Shown here piece after piece: positions 36,061 through 47,372 of a stretch of 64,000 bases of DNA. Position numbers and translations under genes: made by a program. The notes under the pieces were generated by a model, which was not told the origin of the DNA, searched no databases, and worked only from the letters and a program-made list of their open reading frames with translations. The DNA is from Acutalibacteraceae bacterium (GTDB lineage: Bacteria; Bacillota; Clostridia; Oscillospirales; Acutalibacteraceae), in NCBI GenBank assembly GCA_963599905.1, contig CAVBYX010000045.1, forward strand, positions 2,870 to 66,869, written 5' to 3'. Position 1 is the first letter of the stretch. Each line of letters begins with the position of its first letter.

Positions 36061-39000
36061 ATGAAAACTTTAGGCGAAATCTATCTCTCTGTTTGTCAAT
36101 CTTCTTTGTCTGATTGTATCTCAAACGGAAATATAACAAAAGTGAATATATCAAACGAAGCAAGATCGGTAAAAATTAAGGTCGATTTTTCCACCCTGAT
36201 TGATGCAAACGATTTGTTTGCAGTTGAAAAAGATCTGTCAACTGCTTTAAACGCTTACGTGCAGATTAAACCTCATTATAAATCTGAAATGTTTAATTCG
36301 GAGTATTTCCCTCAGCTTTATTTATCTGTCAAAAGAGAAATACCGAGCATTAACGGTACTTTGACAAATGCAAATGTAAGCTTCAGCGATAATACACTCA
36401 CAATTGAATTACAAAACGGCGGCAAATCGTTACTTGATGCCAAAGGCTTTGACAAAGCGTTGGTAAACCTTATTGCAGAAGAATTTGATTTACATTTAAG
36501 TATCAATTATACAGGTACACTTGAAGTGAATGCTGACAGTGCTGAATATAAAGAAGTTATTAAGAGTGCCGAACAGCAAATGCAACGCGAACAACTTGCA
36601 AAAGCTGCCGATTTTTACAAAGAGGAAGAGGAAACATCTAAAAAAGTCCAAAAACAACACTTTGAAAATATTACCGAAGAAGTTGAAATTCGGGAAGGAA
36701 AATTTGCTTCCCCTCAACTCATACAATCGTCTGTTCGTCCTTTGTACGGAAGCTCAATCAGAGGAAAAATGGTTCCTATAAGCTCGATAGCCGAAGATTC
36801 AGGCAGAGTTGTTGTATGGGGAGATGTTTTTGATACAGATAAAAGAGTCACAAAGTCGGGTGACAAAAATATATTCAACTTTGATATTACCGATTACACA
36901 GGTTCTACAACAGTTAAAGTATTTAACTCAATTAAAGATTGTGCTCCTTTGGATACTCTGAAAAAAGGAAGTACTGTTGTAGCTATGGGCGATATAGAAT
37001 ATGATAAGTATGCAGGAGAAATAGTGCTAAACGCAAGGTCGATCGGAACGGCAAAAAAGGTTCAGGTATGCGACAAAGCGGAAGAAAAGCGTGTTGAACT
37101 TCATATGCATACAAATATGTCGCAGATGGATGCGGTTACTCCTGCCGGTGATCTTGTAAAGAGAGCCTACCAATGGGGACACAAAGCTGTTGCAATAACG
37201 GATCACGGTGTTGCCCAGGCATTTCCCGATGCTATGAAAGCCGCAGATAAAATTAACGGCGATGAAGAGAAAATAAAGGTTTTGTACGGCGTTGAAGCAT
37301 ACTTTATGGATGATCTTGTGGAATCCGTTGACGGAACTCAAAACACACCGTTTGACGGAACATTTATATGCTTTGATATCGAAACCACAGGCTTATCTGC
37401 TGCACGTGACAAAATTACCGAAATCGGCGCCATTAAAGTAATTAACGGTGAAATAACAGATACATTTTCTACTTTTGCAAATCCCGAAATGCCGATTCCC
37501 GCCAAAATAACTCAACTGACCGGCATTACCGATAATATGGTTAAAGACGCCCCGTCACAGAGCGAGGCTGTTTCAGCCTTTCTTGAGTTTGCGGGAGATA
37601 ACGTTTTGGTTGCACACAATGCGCCGTTTGATACTTCCTTTATACGAAAAGCCTGTGAAAATATGGGCAGAGAATATAACTATACATCAATTGACACGGT
37701 TGCAATTTCCCGTGCCATTTTATCGGATATAAAAAATTGCAAACTTGATACTGTTGCCAAGTATCTCAGATTGGGTGATTTTAATCATCACCGTGCAACT
37801 GATGATGCGGAAATACTTGCGAGAATTTTTATTGCTTTATGCACTCGTTTAAAAGACGATTATGCAATTACAACAACCGCCGAGATTAATACTAAAATTG
37901 CAGGCGGTGATTTTAAAAAACTCAGAACGTATCATCAGATAATTATTGCAAAAAACAAGGTTGGATTGAAAAATCTTTACAAATTAATTTCTTTCAGTCA
38001 TCTTAATTATTTTTATAAAAAACCGAGAATTCCGAAAAGTGAGCTTGTTAAGCACAGAGAGGGTTTGATTATCGGTTCTGCCTGTTGTGCGGGCGAATTG
38101 TACGACAGTATTCTAAAAGGAAAACCTTGGGCAGAACTTAAAAGAATCGCATCTTTCTATGATTATCTTGAAATACAGCCGTCGGGTAATAACTCATTTA
38201 TGATTCGCGAGGGTACCTTTAATAACTTAGATGAGTTGCGCGAAATTGACAGAACCATTATTAAACTCGGCAAAGAGCTCGGAAAGCCTGTTTGCGCTAC
38301 TTGTGACGTACACTTTATGGATCCTACCGATGGAGATTATCGTAAAATTTTGCTTGCGGGTCAGGGCTTTAAGGATGCGGAAGATCAGGCTCCGCTCTAC
38401 TTCAGAACCACTGCCGAAATGCTAAAAGAATTTGAATGGCTCGGCGAGAATAAGGCGTATGAAGTAGTCGTTGAAAACCCAAACAAAATAGCCGATATGT
38501 GCGAATATATCCGACCTATTCCAAAGGGAACTTTCCCTCCTAATATTGAGGGAGCGCAGGAACAGCTCATTGATATTACGTGGAAAAGAGCAAAAGAAAA
38601 ATACGGTGATCCTTTACCCGAAATCGTAAAAGCAAGACTTGATAAAGAACTTAATGCAATTACCAAATACGGATTTTCAGTCCTTTATATGACCGCTCAA
38701 AAGCTTGTTGCCGACAGCGAGGCACACGGATATCTTGTCGGCTCAAGAGGTTCGGTTGGTTCTTCGTTTGTTGCAACAATGTCGGGTATCTCTGAGGTCA
38801 ATCCGCTTTGTCCTCATTATATATGTCCAAAATGCAAGCACAGCGAGTTTATAACGGACGGCAGCTACGGTTCGGGATTTGATTTGCCGCCTAAGGATTG
38901 TCCCGAATGCGGCACAAAGATGGATCAGGACGGTCACGAAATACCGTTTGAAACATTCCTTGGTTTCAAAGGCGACAAGGTACCTGATATTGACCTTAAC

Positions 39001-40419
39001 TTCAGCGGTGAATATCAGTCGAAATCTCACCGTTATACGGAAGAATTGTTCGGTAAGAACAACGTATTTAAAGCCGGAACTATTGCAACCGTTGCGGAAA
39101 AAACCGCAATCGGATTTGTAAAAAAATACGAGCAGGAAAGAGGCGTCAGCTTTCATAAATCCGAATTAAAACGACTTGCAATCGGTTGTACCGGCGTTAA
39201 GCGTACCACAGGTCAACATCCGGGCGGTATGGTTGTTGTACCGAGAACAAACGAGGTTTATGATTTTTGTCCGGTTCAGCATCCAGCAAACGATGTCAAC
39301 TCGGATAACATAACCACGCACTTCGATTTCCATTCTATTCATGACACAATTACCAAGCTTGATGAGCTCGGACACGATGTACCGACAATTTATCATTATC
39401 TTGAAATGTTTACCGGTATTCCTGTTATGAAAGTTTCTATGAGCGACAAAGCCGTTATGTCTTTGTTTACTTCCACAAAAGCACTTGGAGTTGCTCCTGA
39501 AGACATTGATTCAAAAACAGGTACATTCAGTATTCCCGAATGTGGCACACCTTTTGTAAGAGGTATGCTTATGGAAGCCCAACCCAAAACCTTTACCGAT
39601 CTTTTGCAGATATCAGGACTTTCTCACGGTACTGATGTTTGGCTGGGGAATGCTCAGGAGCTTATTAAAAACGGTACTTGCGATATCTCGGAAGTTATCG
39701 GTACGCGTGACTCAATTATGACTTACCTTATGCACAAAGGTCTTGATCCGTCTATGGCTTTTAAAATTATGGAAATTGTGCGTAAGGGTAACGCCACAAA
39801 ACTGCTTACAGAGGAACATTTTAATGCAATGAAAGAACATAACGTTCCCGGGTGGTATATTGATTCTTGTATGAAAATCAAATATATGTTTCCAAAGGCC
39901 CACGCAGCCGCATATATGATTGCCGCTTTAAGACTCGGCTGGTATAAAGTTCACAAACCTGTTGAATACTACGCAGCATATTTTACGGTACGAAGTGAAG
40001 ACCTTGACGGTGCACTTGTAATGCAGGGACAAAAAGCGGTCAGAGAGAAAATGAATCAAATCAAACATAAGCAAAGCGTACATGAAGCAACTGTAAAAGA
40101 CAATGCGGAATTTTCAACCTTACAAATTGTAAACGAAATGATGGCAAGAGGAATCGAAGTTCTTCCGATTGACATATACAAATCCGAAGCAAAGATGTTT
40201 AAAGTTGAGGACGAAAAAATACGTCTGCCGTTTTCATCACTTCCGGGTGTTGGAGAAGCAGCTGCCATAGCGCTTGCCGAATCCGGCAAACATAACGAAT
40301 ATCTTTCAATCGAAGATATGCAGGTAAAAACTAAGGTTTCAAAATCAGTCACAGAAACACTTAGAACCGTCGGTGTTTTGGGCAATTTGCCTGAAAGTTC
40401 ACAGATGTCACTATTTTAA
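36061..40419 (+). CDS. polC: DNA polymerase III PolC-type (Gram-positive replicative polymerase)
   Basis: 1452 aa. PHP domain VELHMHTNMS, internal 3'-5' exonuclease FDIETTGLS...HNAPFD...HRATDDA, Zn-finger CPKCKH...CPECG, polymerase core. Confidence 0.97.
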   Translation: MKTLGEIYLSVCQSSLSDCISNGNITKVNISNEARSVKIKVDFSTLIDANDLFAVEKDLSTALNAYVQIKPHYKSEMFNSEYFPQLYLSVKREIPSINGTLTNANVSFSDNTLTIELQNGGKSLLDAKGFDKALVNLIAEEFDLHLSINYTGTLEVNADSAEYKEVIKSAEQQMQREQLAKAADFYKEEEETSKKVQKQHFENITEEVEIREGKFASPQLIQSSVRPLYGSSIRGKMVPISSIAEDSGRVVVWGDVFDTDKRVTKSGDKNIFNFDITDYTGSTTVKVFNSIKDCAPLDTLKKGSTVVAMGDIEYDKYAGEIVLNARSIGTAKKVQVCDKAEEKRVELHMHTNMSQMDAVTPAGDLVKRAYQWGHKAVAITDHGVAQAFPDAMKAADKINGDEEKIKVLYGVEAYFMDDLVESVDGTQNTPFDGTFICFDIETTGLSAARDKITEIGAIKVINGEITDTFSTFANPEMPIPAKITQLTGITDNMVKDAPSQSEAVSAFLEFAGDNVLVAHNAPFDTSFIRKACENMGREYNYTSIDTVAISRAILSDIKNCKLDTVAKYLRLGDFNHHRATDDAEILARIFIALCTRLKDDYAITTTAEINTKIAGGDFKKLRTYHQIIIAKNKVGLKNLYKLISFSHLNYFYKKPRIPKSELVKHREGLIIGSACCAGELYDSILKGKPWAELKRIASFYDYLEIQPSGNNSFMIREGTFNNLDELREIDRTIIKLGKELGKPVCATCDVHFMDPTDGDYRKILLAGQGFKDAEDQAPLYFRTTAEMLKEFEWLGENKAYEVVVENPNKIADMCEYIRPIPKGTFPPNIEGAQEQLIDITWKRAKEKYGDPLPEIVKARLDKELNAITKYGFSVLYMTAQKLVADSEAHGYLVGSRGSVGSSFVATMSGISEVNPLCPHYICPKCKHSEFITDGSYGSGFDLPPKDCPECGTKMDQDGHEIPFETFLGFKGDKVPDIDLNFSGEYQSKSHRYTEELFGKNNVFKAGTIATVAEKTAIGFVKKYEQERGVSFHKSELKRLAIGCTGVKRTTGQHPGGMVVVPRTNEVYDFCPVQHPANDVNSDNITTHFDFHSIHDTITKLDELGHDVPTIYHYLEMFTGIPVMKVSMSDKAVMSLFTSTKALGVAPEDIDSKTGTFSIPECGTPFVRGMLMEAQPKTFTDLLQISGLSHGTDVWLGNAQELIKNGTCDISEVIGTRDSIMTYLMHKGLDPSMAFKIMEIVRKGNATKLLTEEHFNAMKEHNVPGWYIDSCMKIKYMFPKAHAAAYMIAALRLGWYKVHKPVEYYAAYFTVRSEDLDGALVMQGQKAVREKMNQIKHKQSVHEATVKDNAEFSTLQIVNEMMARGIEVLPIDIYKSEAKMFKVEDEKIRLPFSSLPGVGEAAAIALAESGKHNEYLSIEDMQVKTKVSKSVTETLRTVGVLGNLPESSQMSLF

Positions 40420-40422
40420 GGA

Positions 40423-41808
40423 GTGGTGAATTTGAAGAAATTTCTGTCAATGAAGAATGTAATCATTGCAATATCATTTACGGTAGCTTTATTGCTTGTA
40501 AAAGACAATATGAATATTGTGTGGCAAATATCATCTACAATAGTATCAATATTGTCTCCGTTTTTAATCGGTTTTTTGTTTGCATATATTTTAAATTTTC
40601 CGTATAAGTTTTTTTATACAAAAGCATTCGGCAAAATCGGTGCAAAAAGGCAATCGTTTCAAAAGCTGAAAAAACCGCTTTCACTTGTTTGCACATACTT
40701 AATAGTTGTTGCGTTAATTGTCTTAATCATTGAGATTGTGGTTCCTCAAATAGCTACGAATGTAGTAAATCTTATTGATAATATGCCTGCATATTTTAAA
40801 AATGCAACCCAATATATCAATGAGTTTTTTGATTGGATAAACGGTACATTCCATACCGATTTCAGCCTAAACGAAGCAATGAACCAATTATTTAATGAAA
40901 TGACGGAATTGCTTACGTTCAGTAATATTACAAGCACAGCCGGCGGAGCAACAGAGTTCATATTCAATATGCTTTCTAACACTACTTCGGGAGTTTACAA
41001 TTTTATTATGGGAGTAGTTATTTCGGCATATTTTCTTGCCGAAAAAGAAAGACTGTGCCGCCAGATTAAGCAAATTACAGTAGCCTTCATTCCGATAAAA
41101 TGGCTTCCGAAAGTGTATGAAGTGGTTGATATTACAGATACAAAATGCGGACGTTTTCTGGTAGGAGATATTCTTGATGCCGCATTTATCGGACTTCTGA
41201 CCTTTCTGACAATGTCAATTTTTCAACTTCCTTATGCAGCTTTAATCGGAGTTCTTATCGGCGTAAGTAACATTATTCCTTTTTTTGGTCCTTTTATCGG
41301 AGGCATTCCGAGTGCATTTATTCTCTTGCTTGTAAGTCCGAAAGATATGATTATTTTTGTAATTATATTGGTTATCTTACAACAACTTGACGGAAATCTT
41401 TTCAAGCCGAAGATTATAGGAAATCAGGTGGGACTTTCAAGTTTTTGGGTTTTGTTCTCAGTTATTGTCGGTGGCGCGTTGTTCGGATTGATAGGTTTTA
41501 TACTCGGTACACCGATATATGCGGTTATTTACTCACTTGTCGGCAAGAGAGTAAATAACTCGATACGTAAAAAAGGAAAAATCGCTCAGGAAGCTCTTGA
41601 TTTTGAAGTTCTTAATTATGCTAAAATAGCAGAAGAACAAAAGAAAATCAGGGAGGAAAAGGAAAAACAGCAAAAAGCTAAATTTATGAAGTTCATAAAG
41701 GGTGAAAAAACTGTTGAAAATGAAGAAAATAAGAATCATAATTTAGATAAAGAAAACAAATCCGACGATGATTCCAATTCTAAAAACAGCAATAATACTG
41801 AAAATTAA
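40423..41808 (+). CDS. AI-2E family transporter (PerM-like) with charged low-complexity C-terminal tail
   Basis: Polytopic. IIPFFGPFIGGIP signature. GTG start 3 nt after the polC stop. Confidence 0.8.
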   Translation: MVNLKKFLSMKNVIIAISFTVALLLVKDNMNIVWQISSTIVSILSPFLIGFLFAYILNFPYKFFYTKAFGKIGAKRQSFQKLKKPLSLVCTYLIVVALIVLIIEIVVPQIATNVVNLIDNMPAYFKNATQYINEFFDWINGTFHTDFSLNEAMNQLFNEMTELLTFSNITSTAGGATEFIFNMLSNTTSGVYNFIMGVVISAYFLAEKERLCRQIKQITVAFIPIKWLPKVYEVVDITDTKCGRFLVGDILDAAFIGLLTFLTMSIFQLPYAALIGVLIGVSNIIPFFGPFIGGIPSAFILLLVSPKDMIIFVIILVILQQLDGNLFKPKIIGNQVGLSSFWVLFSVIVGGALFGLIGFILGTPIYAVIYSLVGKRVNNSIRKKGKIAQEALDFEVLNYAKIAEEQKKIREEKEKQQKAKFMKFIKGEKTVENEENKNHNLDKENKSDDDSNSKNSNNTEN

Positions 41809-41816
41809 TATGTGAT

Positions 41817-41857
41817 TTGACATAAACATTTTAATGTGTTACCATATTAACACATTA
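41817..41857 (+). promoter_or_regulatory. his operon promoter overlapped by a perfect 10-bp inverted repeat (operator candidate)
   Basis: TTGACA (41817-41822), 17-nt spacer, TACCAT. TAATGTGTTA-CCATAT-TAACACATTA at 41832-41857. Confidence 0.45.
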
Positions 41858-41886
41858 CTACAATAAAGTGGATTTGCGAGGAATAT

Positions 41887-43056
41887 ATGAAAAAATATTT
41901 AAGAATAACACCGGAAGGCACAAAGGATTTTTTGTTTGCGGAAGCATCCGCAATGGATGATATTTGCGGAAAAATCGAAAATGTATTTGTTTCCGGAGGA
42001 TTTCAAAAAGTTATCACTCCCGGGATTGAATTTTATGATGTGTTTTCTGTTCCGTGCAGCGGAATTTCACAGGAGTCGATGTTTAAAACGGTTGACAATA
42101 AGGGCAGACTGCTTGTGGCACGTCCCGATTCAACTTTGCCAATCGCCAGAATGGTATCATCAAGACTTAAAAACAGTGTCCTTCCTGTGCGGTTATATTA
42201 TAAACAGGCGGTCTATCGCAACAATCCTACTTTAACAGGCAGACGCAATGAACTGATGCAAATGGGTGTTGAGCTTCTTGGCGTAAAAGGACTCAGAGCC
42301 GACATTGAGATTCTTTCAACTGCCGTTAAAGCCATTTCATCGGTTGCAGACGATTTTAGAATAGAACTCGGACACGCAGAAGTATTTGACGCATTGTCAA
42401 AAGAACTGGATATTGATGACGATTATAAAGAGAAAATTCGCATGTCAATTGAAGGAAAAAATTATTCGGCACTGAACAACCTCCTTGATAAACTTGAGCC
42501 TTGTAAAACTGTTTCGGCAATTCGCAGTTTGCCGTCCCTTTTCGGCGGAGAAGAAGTGTTTGAAAAAGCTTTTGAAATTTGTGACGGGACAAATGCGGTT
42601 GAAGCACTTGATTATTTGCACAAAATTTATGACATTCTTACTCCGCTCGGATTGGGTGACAAGCTTATTATTGACTTGGGGCTCGTTCAAAGAAACGATT
42701 ATTATACGGGAATTGTATTTACCGGATATATAAACGGAATCGGTGATGCGGTGCTTTCGGGCGGAAGATACGATGATTTGCTTTCGGTTTTTGACGCTCC
42801 CATGGGTGCAGCCGGTTTTGCCATTGATACCGATGCCGTTACAATTAAACAACTTGCTGATTCTGATGTCAGTTATTCCGATAAACCCGACGTGCTTGTT
42901 TTTGCACGGGACGGTTGTGAAATTGAAGGAATAAACCTTGTTGCACAGCTTATTGAAAGCGGCACAAAGGCTGAATTTTCGACATTACCTACTCTTGAAG
43001 AAACCAAAGAATTTGCTGCCAAACGAGGTATAGCGGAAGTTAAGGTTGTAGGATAA
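41887..43056 (+). CDS. hisZ: ATP phosphoribosyltransferase regulatory subunit
   Basis: HisRS-like class II fold without an anticodon domain. Directly upstream of a short-form hisG. Confidence 0.85.
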   Translation: MKKYLRITPEGTKDFLFAEASAMDDICGKIENVFVSGGFQKVITPGIEFYDVFSVPCSGISQESMFKTVDNKGRLLVARPDSTLPIARMVSSRLKNSVLPVRLYYKQAVYRNNPTLTGRRNELMQMGVELLGVKGLRADIEILSTAVKAISSVADDFRIELGHAEVFDALSKELDIDDDYKEKIRMSIEGKNYSALNNLLDKLEPCKTVSAIRSLPSLFGGEEVFEKAFEICDGTNAVEALDYLHKIYDILTPLGLGDKLIIDLGLVQRNDYYTGIVFTGYINGIGDAVLSGGRYDDLLSVFDAPMGAAGFAIDTDAVTIKQLADSDVSYSDKPDVLVFARDGCEIEGINLVAQLIESGTKAEFSTLPTLEETKEFAAKRGIAEVKVVG

Positions 43057-43078
43057 TATTCTTGAAAGGATTACATAT

Positions 43079-43708
43079 ATGAACCCATTGCGGATTGCCT
43101 TGACAAAGGGCAGACTTGAAAAGACAACAATAGAATTATTTGAAAAAATCGGATATAACTGTGATGAAGTTAAAAATAAAGGCAGACGTTTGATTTTACC
43201 TGTCGGGAACAATGATTTTGAAGTAGTGCTCGCAAAAGCGGCTGATGTTATTACATATGTTGAACACGGAGTTTGTGATTTGGGAGTTGTCGGAAAAGAT
43301 ACAATTCTTGAGAACGGAACATCGTTCTATGAGCTTCTAGACTTGGGGTTTGGCAAATGTAAATTTGCCCTTGCAACCAAAAAGAATCATGAATTTTACG
43401 GCGGATACAATACAAAAACCATTGCAACAAAGTACCCTAACGTAACCAGAGCATTTTTTGATGATAAAAATATGGATGTAAGAATCATTAAAATTGAAGG
43501 TTCCGTTGAGCTGGCTCCGCTTGTCGGACTGTCAGACGGAATTGTCGATATAGTTGAAACCGGTTCTACCTTAAAAGCCAACGGTCTTGAGGTTATCGAA
43601 TGGGTAACTGATATTTCTGCAAGATTGATTGCCAATACGGCAAGCCTTAAATTAAGAAAAAATGAAATTGAAACATTGCAAAACAAATTGGAGGCTGTAA
43701 CAAAATGA
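43079..43708 (+). CDS. hisG: ATP phosphoribosyltransferase (short form)
   Basis: LRIALTKGRL, DLGVVGKD, DIVETGSTLKANGL. 209 aa. Confidence 0.95.
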   Translation: MNPLRIALTKGRLEKTTIELFEKIGYNCDEVKNKGRRLILPVGNNDFEVVLAKAADVITYVEHGVCDLGVVGKDTILENGTSFYELLDLGFGKCKFALATKKNHEFYGGYNTKTIATKYPNVTRAFFDDKNMDVRIIKIEGSVELAPLVGLSDGIVDIVETGSTLKANGLEVIEWVTDISARLIANTASLKLRKNEIETLQNKLEAVTK

Positions 43709-45000
43709 TAGCGACAGTAACGGCAGACGGTAAAAAAGAATACGAGTTTATCAATTCATTAAAAGCTCGATCTCAAAATTCCGACAAGAATGTTATTCCG
43801 ACGGTTTCGGAAATAATTGAGAATGTCAGAACAAACGGAGACAAAGCCGTTAAAAATTACACTGTCAAGTTTGACGGCAAGGCTCCCGAAAAAACAGAAA
43901 TTTTAAAAGAAGATATTGATAATATTATTGCAAAGTGTGACTCAAAGTATATTGAAACGGTAAAAAAAGCTGCGTCAAATATTTCTGACTTTCACCGTCG
44001 TCAGCTTCAGCAAAGCTGGTTGACCACAAAAAGCAACGGCGTAATAATGGGGCAGAGAATACGCGGATTGAAACGTGTGGGCTTGTATGTGCCCGGCGGC
44101 ACAGCCGCATATCCGTCGTCGGTACTTATGAATGCAATTCCCGCAAAGATTGCGGGAGTTGAGGAGTTGATAATGTGTACTCCCCCTCAAAAAGACGGTA
44201 CTCCAAATCCGAATATTATAGCAGCCGCAAAAATTGCGGGAGTTGACCGAATTTTCCTTATGGGCGGTGCACAGGCTGTTGCAGCACTTGCTTTTGGTAC
44301 GGAAACCGTGCCAAAAGTCGATAAAATAGTCGGTCCGGGAAATATCTTTGTTGCTACTGCCAAAAAACTTTTGTACGGTACGGTAGATATCGATATGATA
44401 GCCGGACCGAGTGAAATACTTATAGTAGCCGATAAAAGTGCAAATCCTCAGTTTCTCGCCGCAGACCTTATGAGTCAAGCAGAGCATGACAAATTGGCTT
44501 CGGCAATTCTTCTTACAGACTCACAGGATATTGCAGATAAAACAAAGCAAGAGCTTGACAGGCAAATCAAAGAGCTTTCGAGAAATAAAATTATTAATTC
44601 TTCACTTGAAAACTTCGGTGCAATCATTGTTTGTTCCGATTTGAATCAAGCGATAGAATTTGCAAACGAGCTTGCTCCCGAACACCTTGAAGTTTGTTGT
44701 GAAAATCCAATGGAATATATAGGAAAACTTGATAATGCGGGTTCTGTTTTTCTTGGAAATTACAGTCCGGAACCGCTCGGCGACTATTTTGCGGGGCCTA
44801 ACCATGTTTTGCCTACCAGCGGAACAGCGAGATTTTTCTCACCGCTGTCGGTCGATAGTTTTATAAAAAAATCAAGCTTTATTTATTACACTGAAGACGC
44901 CCTAAAAAATGATGCCGATGATATCGTTCGCTTTGCAGATACCGAGGGACTTACAGCGCACGCAAATTCAATAAAAGTACGCTTTAATAATAAAGAATAA
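43705..45000 (+). CDS. hisD: Histidinol dehydrogenase
   Basis: [38 protein letters not shown]. Confidence 0.95.
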   Translation: MIATVTADGKKEYEFINSLKARSQNSDKNVIPTVSEIIENVRTNGDKAVKNYTVKFDGKAPEKTEILKEDIDNIIAKCDSKYIETVKKAASNISDFHRRQLQQSWLTTKSNGVIMGQRIRGLKRVGLYVPGGTAAYPSSVLMNAIPAKIAGVEELIMCTPPQKDGTPNPNIIAAAKIAGVDRIFLMGGAQAVAALAFGTETVPKVDKIVGPGNIFVATAKKLLYGTVDIDMIAGPSEILIVADKSANPQFLAADLMSQAEHDKLASAILLTDSQDIADKTKQELDRQIKELSRNKIINSSLENFGAIIVCSDLNQAIEFANELAPEHLEVCCENPMEYIGKLDNAGSVFLGNYSPEPLGDYFAGPNHVLPTSGTARFFSPLSVDSFIKKSSFIYYTEDALKNDADDIVRFADTEGLTAHANSIKVRFNNKE

Positions 45001-45015
45001 AACGGAAGTATTGTT

Positions 45016-46068
45016 ATGAATTATAAGTTAAACAAAAAAATTGTTGAATTAGAGCCATATGAACCAATCAGCGGCACATATGATGTTAGGCTTGACGCTA
45101 ACGAATGTCCTTATAATTACCCTGATGAAATAAAGCAGGAGATAAAGGACGTCTTGGATAATATTGATTTTAATCGTTATCCGGATCCGCTTGCAACAGA
45201 TGTTGTAAATGCTTTTGCGGAATTTTACGGCTTGAATCCTGATTTTGTTACAGCCGGAAACGGTTCTGACGAATTAATTTTTTTAATCGAATCCGCTTTT
45301 CTTGAAAAGGGCGACAAGATGCTCGTTGTGTCACCGGACTTTTCAATGTACCGTTTTTATTCATCAATATGTGAAGTTGAATGTGATACTTTTTATAAAG
45401 ACGATGAATTCAATATCGATGTAGATAGGCTCATTGACAAAGTTAATTCAGACAATATAAAATTGCTGATTTTTTCTAATCCTTGCAATCCTACGGGCAA
45501 AGGAATCACTGCCGACCGGGCACGCAAACTTGTAAGTTCAGTAAATGCGCTTGTTATTTTAGACGAAGCATATATGGACTTTTGGACAGAGGGGCTATTA
45601 AATGAAGCCGAACAGTATTCAAATCTGATAGTTTTCAGAACTGCTTCTAAAGCAATCGGCTCTGCCGCACTTCGTCTTGGGTTTGCGGTAGCTAACACGG
45701 TAATTTCACGTGCAATCAAAGCGGTTAAGTCGCCTTATAATATAAACAGCTTTTCGCAGGCAGTCGGAAAGATTATATACAGTCATAAACAATTTTTGCT
45801 TGATCGTAAAAAAGATATTGTAAAAAATCGAGAAAAGCTGTATAATGGACTACTGGATATATCAAAAAGCAGTTCGGATTTTAAAGTATTCGAGAGCTGT
45901 GCAAATTTTATATTTATAAAAACATCATTCGGTAAAGAACTTTGGGAGTTCTTAAAACAAAATTCTATTGTAATAAGATATATGGGCGATTATATTCGCA
46001 TTTCAGTCGGAACAGCCGATGAGGTTGACAGAACGCTTAAAGCAATTAAGGCATATTTTGAGAGGTAG
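45016..46068 (+). CDS. hisC: Histidinol-phosphate aminotransferase
   Basis: LDANECPY, GNGSDE, SNPCNPTG, RTASKA (PLP lysine). Confidence 0.9.
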   Translation: MNYKLNKKIVELEPYEPISGTYDVRLDANECPYNYPDEIKQEIKDVLDNIDFNRYPDPLATDVVNAFAEFYGLNPDFVTAGNGSDELIFLIESAFLEKGDKMLVVSPDFSMYRFYSSICEVECDTFYKDDEFNIDVDRLIDKVNSDNIKLLIFSNPCNPTGKGITADRARKLVSSVNALVILDEAYMDFWTEGLLNEAEQYSNLIVFRTASKAIGSAALRLGFAVANTVISRAIKAVKSPYNINSFSQAVGKIIYSHKQFLLDRKKDIVKNREKLYNGLLDISKSSSDFKVFESCANFIFIKTSFGKELWEFLKQNSIVIRYMGDYIRISVGTADEVDRTLKAIKAYFER

Positions 46069-46069
46069 T

Positions 46070-46651
46070 ATGATGAGAACAGCTAAAATACAGCGTAAAA
46101 CCAAAGAAACCGACATTGAGCTTGAACTTGGCCTCGACGGAGGAGAAATCTCGATTGATACAGGAATAGGATTCTTTGACCATATGTTGAATTCCTTTGC
46201 GACTCACGGAGGATTCGGTTTAATTCTCAGAGTGCGCGGTGATTTAAACGTTGATACTCACCATACCGTTGAAGATACCGGAATTGTGCTCGGTCAGGCA
46301 TTTGCAAATGCCTTGAAAGATAAAAGCTCGATTGACAGATTCGGAAGTTTCTATGTTCCGATGGATGAAGCACTTGCATTTTCATCAGTTGATATCAGCG
46401 GAAGACCGTTTCTTGTGTTTGACGCCGACTTTCCCCAAGCTGTTTGCGGTCAATACGACTGTTCAATGACAGTTGAGTTTATGAGGGCGCTTGCCTATAA
46501 TTCACAGATCACTCTGCATATTAAATCTTTTTACGGAGGCAATTCACATCACATTACAGAAGCAATATATAAAGCTGTTGCTCATTCTCTGAGAATTGCC
46601 GTAAAGCCTAATAATTCAAATAAACCGCTTTCAACAAAAGGAGTGCTTTGA
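46070..46651 (+). CDS. hisB: Imidazoleglycerol-phosphate dehydratase
   Basis: RKTKETDI, GFFDHML, DTHHTVEDTGI, GGNSHHITEA. Start moved to 46070. Confidence 0.95.
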   Translation: MMRTAKIQRKTKETDIELELGLDGGEISIDTGIGFFDHMLNSFATHGGFGLILRVRGDLNVDTHHTVEDTGIVLGQAFANALKDKSSIDRFGSFYVPMDEALAFSSVDISGRPFLVFDADFPQAVCGQYDCSMTVEFMRALAYNSQITLHIKSFYGGNSHHITEAIYKAVAHSLRIAVKPNNSNKPLSTKGVL

Positions 46652-47370
46652 TGATTATTTTACCTGCAATTGATATAAAAGGCGGAGAATGTGTACGTCT
46701 TGTAAAAGGTGATTATTCAACTGCTCAAAAGGTTATCGAATCGCCATACCTTGCCGCTCAACGTTTTGCCGATGCGGGAGCCGATTGGATGCATATGGTT
46801 GACCTTGACGGAGCAAAAGACGCCAGACTTGTCAACGCCGATTTAATTGCCGACGTTGCAAAGTCTTCGGGACTTTCGGTAGAAGTAGGCGGAGGAATAC
46901 GTGATATGAAAGCGGTTGAGTACTATCTTTTGCATGGTATTAACCGTGTAATTCTTGGTTCGGCTGCTGTAAAAGACCAACAGTTTGTAATTGATGCGGT
47001 AAATACATTCGGAGACCGAATAGTAATCGGCATCGACGCCAAAGACGGGATGGTACGTGCCGAGGGTTGGTTGGACAACTCGGATATTAATTATATTGAA
47101 CTTGCCAAAAGGATGGAAGATGTCGGAGTTAAAACCATTGTGTTTACCGATATTGAGCAGGACGGAACGCTTGCAGGGCCGAATCTTAAGCAACTTGATT
47201 CTCTTATAAAAAGCGTAAGTTGTAATATAATTGCAAGCGGCGGAGTTGCGGTTCTAAAAGATATTAAAAATTTGATTGAATTAAATGCATACGGTGCAAT
47301 ATGCGGAAAGTCGTTATATTCAGGCAGCCTTGATTTACACCGTGCTATTGAAACAACAAGGAACAGTTAA
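46648..47370 (+). CDS. hisA: ProFAR isomerase (HisA)
   Basis: [50 protein letters not shown]. Confidence 0.9.
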   Translation: MMIILPAIDIKGGECVRLVKGDYSTAQKVIESPYLAAQRFADAGADWMHMVDLDGAKDARLVNADLIADVAKSSGLSVEVGGGIRDMKAVEYYLLHGINRVILGSAAVKDQQFVIDAVNTFGDRIVIGIDAKDGMVRAEGWLDNSDINYIELAKRMEDVGVKTIVFTDIEQDGTLAGPNLKQLDSLIKSVSCNIIASGGVAVLKDIKNLIELNAYGAICGKSLYSGSLDLHRAIETTRNS

Positions 47371-47372
47371 TT

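Noticed and set aside
38743-39156. 137-aa minus-strand ORF, plus several other 60-110-aa ORFs, inside polC.
   Set aside because: They are shadow ORFs antisense to an unambiguous polC reading frame.
41533-41739. 68-aa minus-strand ORF in the 3' end of the AI-2E transporter gene.
   Set aside because: It is antisense to the low-complexity Lys/Glu/Asn tail of the transporter. It is a repetitive-composition artefact.
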